Positions 13,121 through 25,548 of a DNA stretch of 64,000 nucleotides are shown here, piece by piece. The notes under the pieces are model-generated. The model ran no database searches and had not been told where the DNA came from. It saw only the letters and a program-made list of their open reading frames with translations. The first letter of the stretch is position 1, and each line of letters opens with the position of its first letter. The position numbers were made by a program, and so were the translations under genes. The DNA is from Octopus vulgaris (taxonomy: Eukaryota), in the NCBI GenBank assembly GCA_951406725.2, contig OX597815.1, positions 97,836,001 to 97,900,000 of the forward strand, written 5' to 3'.

Positions 13121-15384
13121 TTACTGTATGTATGTATGTATGTATGTATGTATGTATGTATGTATGTATGTATGTATGTATGTATGTATGTATGTATGTA
13201 TGTATGTATGTATGTATGTATGTTTTTACACGTAGACAAAGACATACACTGAGAGACAGAAAGAGCCTCAGAGAGGCAGAGTAACTGAACATCTTACAAC
13301 ATTATTTCCTTACAGTTTAGAATTTCAAAATGGCAAATTCTGTAATCTAAACAGGAGTTGCTATTACTGAGATTATAATGTTTTACTGTAGTTTTGGAAA
13401 TGGAAAACCGTTCATGCCAAGTGAAATAAACATCGAGAAAAAAAGAAAAAGTATCTTTCAATGCTTCCCCCAAGCGACGTAATGTCTATTTGAATTTAAC
13501 ATATCGTAAATTTATCCGAAATACTTTCAGAGGTATAATAATGTATATTCATTTGGTTCGTTTTGCTTTTATTTATTTACTGTTATTGCTTTTCTGATTA
13601 CATTTCATTTTCAGACTATTTTGGTGGTGGTAATGGCAATGGTGGTGGTGGTGGTGGTGGTGGTGGTGGCGGCGACAATAGCGTTAGTGGTGGCGGTGGT
13701 TTTCGGTGGTGGAGTGTAATTTTGGAAGTTTTAAATTAAACAGTTTATACATCATTATAATCATTATTTGCTTTGTTGTTTTTAGAACTAAAACAACTAA
13801 AAGAATTCAATACGCTTGTGTGTGTAGTATATCATTTTCTAGCTTCCATCGGCCTCTATGTATGTGCGTGAGTGAGTGTGTGTTTGTGTGTATGTGTGTG
13901 TGTGTGTATCTATATATGTGTATATGCTTATATATATATGAAAATTTATGCATGTGTATTCATATATGCATAAATATACACACATATATATTCACACACA
14001 CACATACACACATACATAGGTATATAGGTTTGTATGTATGTATGCAGACAGGTAGGTAGGTAGGTAGGTAGGTAGGTAGGAAGGTCGGTAGGTAGGTAGG
14101 TGGCTAGGTAGGTAGGTGGCTAGGTGCGTGCTCGTGTGACGTTCTGCGGTGATCGCCAGCAATCGTTCGAAATGCACCCAGCCACTCTTCTTTTTGCAAC
14201 AAGGTACGCATGCGTTATTCGTTTGGTTAGGTTCTTTAAATCAGTTGATTATATTCGGTACTTCTTTTTCCGGAGTATATTTTCACTTTATTTCATTTTT
14301 CTAAATTTATATTCAGTAAAATATATCCAGTCTATCAGAGCTGTAAATAGTTAATCTATTCTGTATAGCGTTTATTCACTTTGAATATAATTTATGTTAA
14401 TTTATTTTCATCGTCAATGGCGTCAGCTTTGACCGATTGGTGATTAAAAGGTATATTGTGAGATACAGTACCAGACACTGATAATGCTCCAGATTCGATA
14501 GAGTGTAGTAAGGAAAAGAACAACTCTACTATCACACTCCACGACATACAAATCAGGTGAAAAATGTTGGATGGAACCCGTAGGCGTGCTCTTTTGACAG
14601 AAGAATCATGTTCTATACATGGAGGCAAGCTTTTGTTGATGTTGCGTTATTAAATTTATGAAGGTTTAGAGTTCTTTAAGAGCCGCATAGTTTGTAAGAG
14701 TAACTGTTTTTGTTTAAGATCTGTAACTCATGAGATTTTCTTGAGCACTGCCGCACAACTACGAGTCAACTACATGGTGTACGTGTGAGTTCCATGGCCT
14801 ATGAATGTTTCATATACAAACCTTAGTTGTTTATATGGGTGGGAATTGAAAAAGATAAGTTAGCATAGACCAAGGAAAGCTCCAGAAGGGTAAGATAGTA
14901 TAGACCTAGCTGACTTAAAACGCATGGCGTCTAAGAGGTGGTGGCATTGTGAAGTATGTAGATGTTTGCAGGTCGTTGGGATAACGAAGTGAACAGATAA
15001 TCCGTTAGATTCGGTGACATTTATGTTACTGTGGAGTTGAGTTTAAAGTAGAAGAAAATATCTAGTTGTGTTTGGAGTGTACTTCAGTTCATTCTATATG
15101 GCGAAATAATTCTCAAATTTGTTGATTAATCAGTGAATGAAATGTAATTGGACTGATCTTCATTGTTATTTTAGAGTAGTCGATCTGAAATGCTAGACTC
15201 TGGCCAAGAAAATTATTATACCCAAGCGTACAGCTGGTACTTGCAGAACAAATAAACGCGCAGCATATCGGTCCAAAAGTAGTGGCATTAACGATGGTGA
15301 GTTTTAATCACAGATAAATACGTGTTTGGGATGTGTATATGTGTGTGCGTGTGTCTTTCCTGTGTATGCATGTATGTATGTATG

Positions 15385-15765
15385 GCATGTGTGGTAAATA
15401 GCTTGCTTACCAGCCACATGGTTCCGGGTTCAGTCTCACTCCTTGGCACCTTGGGCAAGTGTCTTCTGCTATAGCCTCGATCCGACTTAAACTTTGTGAG
15501 TGGATTTGGTAGACGGAAACTGAAAGAAGCTCGTTCTACATATATATATATATCTGTGCGTGTGTGTGTGTGTGTTTTCCCCACCACTACCGTCGCTTGA
15601 CAACCGATGTTGGTGTGCATAGTCCCCGTAACTTGGCGGTTTGGCAAAAGAGACCGATAGGATATGTAGAAGGATATGTAAGTCCTGGGGACGATGTGTT
15701 CGACTAAGGGCGGTGCTCCAGCATGGCCACAGTCAAATGTCTGAAACAAATAAAAGAATAAAAAA
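15385..15765 (+). mobile_element. tRNA-derived SINE family A (CORE-like middle, internal (TA)/(TG) microsatellite, LINE-like 3' stem-loop)
   Basis: A-box-like TGTGGTAA, B-box-like GGTTCAGTCTC, ACCTTGGGCAAGTGTCTT, tail GGCGGTGCTCCAGCATGGCCACAGTC..; many other copies in the window. Confidence 0.85.
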
Positions 15766-15773
15766 TATATATA

Positions 15774-15806
<33 letters not shown>

Positions 15807-15821
15807 ATATATATATATATA

Positions 15822-15946
15822 TCACTCACAAGGCTTTGGTCGGCGCGAGGCTATATTAGCAGACACTTGCCTAATGTGTATGCGACTGAACCCAGGAACA
15901 TGTGGTTGGTAAGCAAGCTACTTATCATACAGCAACTCCTGCGCCT
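15822..15946 (-). mobile_element. SINE family A 5' half, inverted relative to the 15385 copy
   Basis: Reverse complement reads GGCGCAGGAGTTGCTGTATGATAAGTAGCTTGCTTACCAACCACATG...AAAGCCTTGTGAGT. Confidence 0.85.
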
Positions 15947-16026
15947 ATATATAGACACACACACACACACATACACACACATACACACACATATATATAT
16001 ATGAGTGTACATATGTATATATATGA

Positions 16027-16069
<43 letters not shown>

Positions 16070-16222
16070 ATTGTGTATAGTAGAATATATTAATAAAAAG
16101 AATTCCAACCTTGTCTGATTTTCACGTTTTATTTACAATCTTATAATGATATATTATAAGATAATATATTATAATTGAATAAAATAAAATGAAATAGTAG
16201 AATGTTAAATATTCATTCTGAT

Positions 16223-16267
16223 TGAACTAGTACTTTCATGCATTGAATTCTGCAATCTTCGGGTTCA
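16223..16267 (-). ncRNA. Minimal type I hammerhead ribozyme motif of the PLE
   Basis: Minus strand: TGAAC-CCGAAGA-T-TGCA(GAATTCAA)TGCA-T-GAAA-GTAC-TA-GTTCA, giving stem I, core (U4->C variant), stem II, GAAA, palindromic loop III, UH site and stem I'. Confidence 0.8.
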
Positions 16268-16761
16268 TGTAGTAGTGTTGACAGTCATGCTTCACAATTT
16301 TTGACTGTAGCAAGATGATTGATTCTGTGCTATAAATACAGCTGGGTAGGCTCCAGAGTGCTAGGTTTTGCAAACTGTATTCTGACCAATCAGTGTGTAG
16401 TATCACTCAATTACTTAAGCTGATTGGTTGGTTGAGCTGATTGGTTTAGGCATCACGCTTTGTTGGACATGTCAAGAGTCCTGTATCTTGACCCTGGCCG
16501 AAGCAGCAATTGTTGGGTTATTTTTAGAAATGTTGTAAATATCCTTTGTCAGAGATTTTTATATTTTTATATTTCAATTGTCATCATCATCATTGTCAGC
16601 ACCTTAATTATTGTTGCTAGTGGTGATGGTGGTGGCAATAGAACTTTTAACCCTAAATAAGATAACTTTCCTGCTATCTTCGTCTTGATCACCTTTAGTA
16701 TTGTTGTTGTTGTTAGTGGTCATGGTCGTAGCAGTGGAAGTAATACCTCTAAGTATTATTA

Positions 16762-18488
16762 TTATTGCTTATTTAGCTTGGGTTCGAATTTATCAATAAA
16801 ATTCTTTTCTCTGATTTTCCTCTCGATTTCACTTGGGCTGTGTAATTTGTAGAATGGAAATATTATATATATTTTCCGACCACATGTTGCTAGGTGGTTA
16901 CTCAAAGGTATCTGACGGACCTCTGGGTCTCTAATCTGTTGCCGGTGTACACGTGAGCGTTCTAATAGTGCGTTTCCCGTCTGACCTACATATATTTCTT
17001 CACAATTTGGGCATTTGATGCAGTAAATTAAATTTCTGCTTTTGCAGTTCATATTCGCGTTTGTGAATATTTTCCCGGTTTTTGTGTTTATATATTGACC
17101 GGTATGTATGAATTGGCATGTGCCACATCGGCTATCATTGCATTTAGATACCGTGAATGTTTGGTCTTTGTTGCTGAGGTCAAATTTTGCCTTTGTTAGT
17201 AATGTTTTCAAGTTTTTAGGCTGTCTTTTACTAAGCACCATAGCTCGATCCGTGATTATGTCTTTTAATTCATTACTTTGGGCAATGATTGGTAGGTTTG
17301 CTTTGGCAATGTTGAAGATATTCTGGTGACATGGGTTGTGTGTCACTATGAATGGTATGACTTGTTCTTGTTTTCCTCTTCCTTGGGTTGTCCTAAGTTG
17401 TTGTATAGGTATTTTTGTAGCCCGCTGTATGCCATTTTCTATAAGTAGAGATGGGTATTTTTGTTTGAGCAAAAATTCTCTTAGTTCTATTAGGCGTTTG
17501 TTCCTGATATTTGCATCTTCTACAATAGTACAAATTCTTCTGGCTAGGCAGTATGGGATGTTACGTTTTGTATGTGGTGGATGGCACGACTTAAAATTTA
17601 GGTATTGATGTGTGTCTGTGTGTTTATAGTATATATCTGTGGTGATGGTGGTGTCTTTTTTAATTACCATTATATCCAGGAATGGTAATTTGGTACTGCT
17701 CATCTCCTTTGTAAATTTGAGAGATGGGTGTAGGTTGTTCAGGAGGATATTGAACTCTTCCAGAGTATTTAGAGATTCTGTCCAGATTATGAAACAGTCG
17801 TCTAGGTATCTCTTCCATGCCTTTTCAATATACTTTCTAAATCCAGTGCCATAGTTTACCTCCACCTCTTGGTAGAGTTGTTCTTCTAAGTATCCCATTA
17901 CAGAGTTGGCGTAAACGGGAGCAAACCTCGTTCCCATCGCCGTGCCTCTAATTTGGATGTAATTCTTTCCATTGAAGAAGAATGTGTTATTTTCTAGAAT
18001 AAGTTTGACTGTGTCTAATATAAATGGCACTGTGAATCTGCTGGGAATCACTTCTCTATGTTTTTCTAACCAGTATTTAATCGCCTTTATTCCTAAATCG
18101 TGTGGAATATTGGTGTAGAGGCTTACCACATCAAAACTTAGTAAAACTGAATTTGTTTCTGTTGTTTTGGGAAGATGGGACAGGAAGTCGATGTCATCCC
18201 TGATGAAACTTGGTATGTAAGTACATAGTGGTTTCAAAACAATGTCAATAAAATTGCTTAGACGGTGTGTAGGGCATGCTGGACCAGCTATAATAGGTCT
18301 AAGTTTTAGGTCTTTTGGATGTAATAATTTTATGTACTCACTTTCTTGTTCTTTTACTGCCTGTTGAATGTTTTTTGATTTGTGTATTTTTGGTAAGCCG
18401 TAGAAGTTGCTGGGTTTTGGTTCAAAATTGGTGATGTAGTCTTTTTCATTATCCGTAAGTGAGTTGTGGTGTGTTGAAATCAGGTTGT

Positions 18489-18489
<1 letters not shown>
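16762..18489 (-). CDS. PLE polyprotein, reverse transcriptase + GIY-YIG endonuclease (575 aa open, N-terminus truncated)
   Basis: [66 protein letters not shown], linker CNDSRCGTC...[21 protein letters not shown]...R..H. The upstream ~92 codons of the listed ORF are microsatellite/SINE read-through. Confidence 0.95.
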
Positions 18490-18535
<46 letters not shown>

Positions 18536-18537
18536 CA

Positions 18538-18569
<32 letters not shown>

Positions 18570-18639
18570 CTAATATATATATATATATATATATACACTC
18601 ATATATATATATATATATATAAGGGACTCTCTCGTCATT

Positions 18640-18907
18640 GACGACGTATGAGCGTTCAGCGATTTGCCGAACGACCTGAACAAATGTTTGTTTGTAATGA
18701 TCAAATATTCGTAGCGTACATAACCCATATACACCATGAAATTGATATTGTCTGAACATGTGCACGCATCAGGTGTCGAAGTGAACGCAGAGCAACATGG
18801 GACGAAGTGGTTTGCTCAAGAACACATCACACCACCCGGTCTGGGAATTGAAATGACGATCTCTCGATGGTGAGTGCAACATCCTAACCACTAAGCCATG
18901 CGCCTCA
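18640..18907 (-). mobile_element. tRNA-derived SINE family C
   Basis: GAGGCGCATGGCTTAGTGGTTAGG (A box), TTTCAATTCC (B box), TGTTCTTGAGCAA; related copies near 34542, 38810 and 39922. Confidence 0.8.
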
Positions 18908-19023
18908 CTATATTTGAGTTGCATGAAGCGACTGATCGTACTGCACTACCTCTGGATATCCTTGTTGTTTATTTTGATTTTATATATATATATATGCATA
19001 TATATAAAGAGAGATAGAGTGAA

Positions 19024-19078
<55 letters not shown>

Positions 19079-19239
19079 TGGATGGATGGATGGATGGATG
19101 GATGGATGGGTAAATTCTAGCAATTGTTTCTTCTTTAAAGAGATTATTGTAAACTATGCGGTTGCAGAAATCTAAAGCTAAATCGTTGTTTTATGTTGAA
19201 ATGAATAAGAACAGTCATTTTCGCATCCAATATCGAATG

Positions 19240-19370
19240 TTTCAAAGTCAGGATATTGCGTACTTACAGAATAATTCCAGTTATTTGAAGTCTCGGATAT
19301 TGCGTACTTAAAGAATAATACCAGATATTCGAAATCTCGGATATTGCGTACTTGCAGAAATATTACAGAC
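19240..19370 (+). repeat. 44-bp minisatellite, about 3 copies
   Basis: GGATATTGCGTACTT recurs at 19251, 19295 and 19339. Confidence 0.9.
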
Positions 19371-19692
19371 TGACGAAGTTTTAGATAGCTATATTTCGAT
19401 TTGATTTCAAATTGTATTACTGTTCTTTCATCTAGTGAGTCGTGTGTAGCGTGTGCGTGTGTTTGAGTACATACGTATGTGGGAATGTGTGTATGTGCGC
19501 GCGTGTGTGTTTCTGTGTGTGTGTGTGTGTATGTGTGTGTGTGTGTGTGTGTGTGTCTGTGTGTGCGCGTGTGTGTGTGTGTGTGTGTGTGCGTGCGTTT
19601 GTGCCTTATTCCTATGGTATTGAGCATTGTGCTAAGCTGGGTGTCTTGGTCGAAGGTGCACGACAGCTAATTCACATAGGTATAATTCTCTG

Positions 19693-19917
19693 GAAGGCGG
19701 CGAGCTGGCAAGATGGTTAGCACGCCGGGCGAAATGCTTTGCGGCATTTCGTCTACCGTTACGCTGTGAGTTCAAATTCCGCCGAGGTCGACTTTGCTTT
19801 TCATCCTTTCGGGGTCGATTAAATAAGTACCAATTACGCACTGGGGTCGATATAATCGACTTAATACATATGTCTATCCTTGTTTGTCCCCTCTATGTTT
19901 AGCCCCTTGTAGTATAA
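19693..19917 (+). mobile_element. tRNA-derived SINE family B (Meta/MESC-like central domain) with 17-bp target-site duplication
   Basis: GGCGGCGAGCTGGCA.., B box GAGTTCAAATTCC, TTTCATCCTTTCGGGGTCGATTAAATAAGTACC; flanked by ATAGGTATAATTCTCTG at 19676-19692 and 19918-19934. Confidence 0.92.
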
Positions 19918-20049
19918 ATAGGTATAATTCTCTGATGAAGAATGTAGTCTAACGAACGAGTGGTTGTGAATTTGATCCCAATGTATATATTTTCTAAAGC
20001 CTCTAACGAGAATTATATGTATGTAGACAGTAGCAGACATCTAGCAACT

Positions 20050-20730
20050 AAGTAATTAGAAGTAATGTAGTGTCCGAAAGACAGCGTATGTATGGATATG
20101 AGTGCCTAACCTAGATAAATCAGAAGTCGTAATGATCAAAAGGTTCGTATGTTTTTGAAGATAGCGAGAGTTGTGAAAAATATTGAAGCGGTTGTGTAAT
20201 CAGAAAGTAGAATGTGGAAGTTGCAGATGGATTTATCTTTCACTGGAAGGACGCATGAGTGGAAGGTGAGAGAATACAATACGCTCTTAAGGCGTGCATA
20301 AAAAGAGTAGAAGAGCAGTGGCATAGTCAATGATCTGGTCTCGGTGTGGTGCAGGGAACAAAACGGATCGAGGTTATTCTCGATTTGAACAGAATTATCG
20401 CATTCTTTTGCGCTGTGTTTCAAAATCCGAATCAGTGCTGCAGAGCCAGTGGAGGCGAAATAATTGAGAAAATGATATGGCAGATTTAGTATTATTTATC
20501 ATGACAAAGAAAGAGTCATTTTCGGGACCACATTTGAAGAACTCTGCTACATATTCCAGACCAACCATTCGCCACCTGTTTCAACACAACCAACCATTCC
20601 ATCACTCGGTTATCGGCTTGTGGTATCCCCACACACAATGGATCTCCAACAAATGGAGAGAACAATGCTCATATTCGAGCTTTGTACCAAACCACCGACG
20701 GGTGTTACCGTCTGATTTCAACTGTTTTCC
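20050..20730. mobile_element. Degenerate PLE with an inverted 5' segment
   Basis: Minus 20460->20050: LRLHWLCSTDSDFETQ...LTFHSCVLPVKDKSICNFHILLSDYTTASIF (RT thumb/linker). Plus 20480->20730: CFNTTNHSIT..SVIGLW...WREQ-LIFELCTKPP (GIY-YIG C-terminus). Confidence 0.7.
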
Positions 20731-21091
20731 TTCTACCACACCATCCCTTAATTATATAATCTCTTTCTTATCCTTCAAGTTCCCTCTCACTTCATCTTTT
20801 GCCTTCACGACATACACTTTCTGATTTCCATTCCTCTTCTCTTAACCTCTCTCACCAAGTTTCTCTCTCTCCCACTATTTCATATCCACCTAATGCAGCC
20901 GGTTTTTCTAACTTAGAGTAAATAAAACTCTGCCGTTTTTTTTTTTTATTTCTGTTATGCAATTTTCCCCAAAGAAGGATCTGTCAGGAATGTTGGATTT
21001 TCCACTCGCAACGGCAATGCTATTGAACTCATTTTGCCGATTTTATTAAATAATTTGTTTTACCGACGTAAGCCAACCCGAAGTCTGTTTC

Positions 21092-21129
<38 letters not shown>

Positions 21130-22075
21130 TTTTCTGTATAATTTTTGTCGTTTGTTTTTGTCTTTTCTTTTACTTAACATGATACATTGTCAGATACATA
21201 AGAAATAAGAAAACTCATAACTTTAGAACTATGGTATAAAATTATAACCGTTCAGATTATCTATGATTTATATTTGAGAGGGAAGTATTTCCATAGTGTT
21301 AAGAATGTGCATTGCATGAAATCTCTTTGTACACAGACTAAAGCAGTAGCCGCATTCTTCAGTCTGAGAAGATTTTTAACAGCATGAATTAGTGTTGCAA
21401 TTTGGTAAAACTGCTCGTCCAATTTTGTAATTCTAATCGACAAAAAATAAACTGCAAAGAAATTATTGAAGAGAAAAATTATTTGTCAGATCACGTCCTC
21501 AGTGTGAACGAGACACAAGTCTTGTGAAAGGAAATGTCAATACGAGACTATATTGTGGAAGAAAACTTTTTAGTGTCTGGACTTAAGATTTCGAAATAAT
21601 AGAATGCAAGTGAAAACTACCAATTCAAGCAACTGTTCACCTATCTTTTATCGTTGATATTTCAGTCACTAGACTGTGGCAGTAATTATTTTATCATACA
21701 TTACTACCGTACTAAATTACAGGGGCGTAAACAAACCAACAACGGTTGACAAGAGATGGTGGAGGAGAAACGTAAACTCAAATTGACACAAATATGTTTA
21801 TATATATATATATGTATGTATGTATATGTATATATATACATACATACATACATACATAGTTTAAATTTACAAAAACCCAAAGACGAAGACAGATGAGGGA
21901 AATCAAGCAGGTGTATTAGTTTAACGCTCAGGAAGAATGGAAAAAGTAAATGGGGTCCCGAGCCTACGCTCTTCGACAGCAAGACTTCAGAGGGGGAAAA
22001 TGGAGTGAAAACGAAAAAAATAGAGAAAAATATTTGTAAGAATTAACGGTTCAACATGATGAAAATATACATGCA

Positions 22076-22296
<221 letters not shown>

Positions 22297-22599
22297 GTAC
22301 GTACAACGGGTTTCCTAAAAGTTTCTGTCTACCAAATTCACTCAATTCACTCTTTAGTCAGAGGCACCTGCCAAAGGAACCATGTATTGGGATTGAACCA
22401 GAAACAATGCGAGTTTCTTAACTACACAGTCATGTATGCACTTGTTCCTGGGTTTACAGGCAAAATACAAAACAATTACCCTTATATATCCTAATTACAT
22501 GAAAATCCATTAAATGGCTTAGTTTACAGCTTTTCAGTTTGAAAATTGGTGTTCTCAATTTTTGTTCTCTGAAATAAAAAAATGTTTTCAGATCAAACA

Positions 22600-22800
22600 A
22601 AATTATTTTCTATGTATTTTAATTCTAGAGCAACCAATTTCGCTGCCATCTCACCATTCAAACGTTGAAAATATCTTTTACACCAAGAACTCATTCTTGC
22701 AGCCTTTGGATTGGATATTACAACTTTTAAAGCTCATCATTTGTGAAGAAACATTTGAAATTCTTATTAGAATCAGGATATGTAGATGGTCCTTCTCTTA
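22600..22800 (+). pseudogene. Possible hAT transposase C-terminal dimerisation-domain relic
   Basis: ISLPSHHSNVENIF...EETFEILIRI resembles the hAT 'LSLPxSxAxVERxFS...L' motif. Confidence 0.35.
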
Positions 22801-23665
22801 AAGAATGTTGTGAATATTTTCATGTTTTAAATGCAAGAAACTTGCTGGGAACAGCATTTCAGGGAAGACTATGCGAGACATGTAGCTCACAGCTTCTAAG
22901 GATTTCAAAAATCTGAAGCTATCATAATGAATGAAATCGAAAGAATTATTCAAATTGCAGACTAGCTGCATGTTAAATGTCCTAGAAGTGACATAGGTGA
23001 TCTATTTTAAACATGCATAGACTTGTGAAAAAGATAATGGAGAACTTGACGAAGTGCAGAAAATTCGCACCCACAGTTTCGCACACAAACCACTTCCTGT
23101 GCTTTTAAACAAAATTTAAAAAATCTAATAATTCTATGTCACTAGATCTAAGTGGAGAACGAGACAGAGAGATTGCCTCGTATTTCAAAACCTCGGGAAA
23201 TCTAAGAACGGAAGAAAAAAAAAGTTTAAATAGACGACTTACGAATTTCATCTGATGAAAAAAAAATCACCCAGTACACCCCAATCTGCCAAAAATCTGA
23301 CTCACATTAGCTACGAATCTAATTAACTTATAGCAGATTATTTACTTATTTATTTATTCATTCATTTATTTATTCGTGTTGGGGTTTTCAATTATTAGTG
23401 TTTTTAATTATGAGGATATTTTAATTAAATTTTGATTATTCTAATCCTGTTGTCTCTGATTATCATGCAAGAATTTAGAATAGAAATATTTGGTAGAATG
23501 GTTTCGACTATAATCTTAATTTCTAACGGAAAACATCACCCACTTCATGAGCTCTCTATTGACGAGAGGTGATTAGGAAAGAATTCAGAAAGTCAAAGCC
23601 TAACAACTACACACACACACACACACATACACACGCACATACACACATACATACACACATATGTA

Positions 23666-23725
<60 letters not shown>

Positions 23726-25297
23726 GTATGCGTGTGTCTGTGTGATTAGGTGTGTCTGTAAGTATGTATGAAAGTATATGTGTGCATGCGGGTGTATGTG
23801 TGTGAGAGAGAGAGAGTGTGTGTGTGTATGTGAGTGAGTGAGTTAGTGTGTGTACGTATGTGAATGATTGAATGTGCATATGTGTGTGCGCGAGTGAGTG
23901 AGTATGCAAGTGAGTAAGTGCGCGCGCGAACGTATGCTTAAGTACCTGTTGTTAAACCAGTACACTCTAATTGTAAGATATGATAAACTAATTCCTTTTA
24001 AAATATTAACAAATTAAAACCGATAATGATAGGTAGAGTGAAAAACGAATGACTTAATTAGATAATAATATGCCTTATCGTGATGATGATGATGTCGGTG
24101 ATGGTGATGGTGATGATGATATTGGTGGTGATAGACTATTATCTTTATCATCATCTACATCATTCACTCCCACCCCCATTTGCCATTGCATGTGATGGCG
24201 TTGATGGGAATGATAACAATGTTGGCAATGGATATTGTTGTACAACACCAGGTCATCCACTATCCAGCAAGTTTCTGATAAAACTTACACAAAACATGGC
24301 AGCCATGACCATTCTTATCTTCTAATCTTGTATACATACGCACATACACATATATACATACCTGTCAATATTTATGTCTATGCATATATGTATATATGTG
24401 TATATATGTGTCTATGCATGTTAGTACATATATGAATATATATTGGTAAAATGTTGCACAGGGGGGCGACGGAGAAACATACGCGAAATAGGAAAAACAT
24501 ACAAAGGATGTGTACACACATACTCCTCATCAGCTATCGATAAAAAAATCATTACATTTCGACGCCTTATCAATAATGTTCTTAAATTTGGTGGCGTCAA
24601 CAGAAAAACGTTGCTGAGGTATGAATGAGTGAAAAGAAAGGACCGAGTGAGACGAGTATAAAAAAGATGGGATCTTCTGTTATAAGGAAAACGGGAAACA
24701 TAACACGAAAAACGCAAAGTCAATATCGTAAAGGTAAATATAAAAACACGACAGAAGTATTGGTATACATAGAAAACTTTGCGGCTATACGACAGAATTG
24801 ATACATATGCGAAAATGCAAGTGTAATGCTACTAGGAAAGAATATGGTTTTCTTTTTTCGGAATTGATCGATATTAATGTTGGTTTTTATGTCGAGTTTT
24901 ATTGGAAACAATATATATATATATATCAAATAACAACAATCATTCGACGAAATTTATAAGTATTTAATGCATCACTATGCGCGTTTCCACAAATCACATG
25001 GCCCACAAAATCACAATCCGTATTCATTTGATCTTCTTACTGGTAACAAGGGATAAAAGGTCATAACTCACTTAACCTGCATACTGGTAAAAAGGAAATA
25101 AAAATCCCTCTGTTGTACTTCCACTAATGTTATATCGTCTGAAGAAATGAAGAAATGATGATGATCAACCGGATGCCCGTGGATATTATGGACTACACTG
25201 TAATCATCTCAGGAATACGGACTATGATCTTGTGAGTCAAGTGGTTTGTGGAAACGTGCGTAGCAGTGCATGAAATGTTTACAAATTCCATCGAAGG

Positions 25298-25353
<56 letters not shown>

Positions 25354-25488
25354 GCTACGTTATAACGGTACAAATTTATATGCAACCCCGAAAAACTGTC
25401 TCACTAGTCAGCATCATTAGACCGTGGCCGACATAATCGACTGGGAGAATTATTTGCATATTTAAAACGTTTCCCATGAACAAATGTG

Positions 25489-25548
<60 letters not shown>

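Larger units (their letters stand above)
16062..18490 (-). mobile_element. Penelope-like retroelement (Neptune-type), 5'-truncated, flanked by (TA)n at both ends
   Basis: RT plus GIY-YIG ORF, about 700 bp of 3' region with a hammerhead motif; both junctions abut (TA)n. Confidence 0.93.

Noticed and set aside
14400-15200. Faint PLE RT-like similarity on the minus strand
   Set aside because: Too degenerate to support without a translated search.
18490-18765. N-terminal ~92 aa of the listed 667-aa ORF
   Set aside because: Read-through across (TA)n into a SINE; not PLE coding sequence.
19240-19370. CRISPR-like repeat-spacer appearance
   Set aside because: The spacers are homologous to each other, the context is eukaryotic and there are no cas genes.
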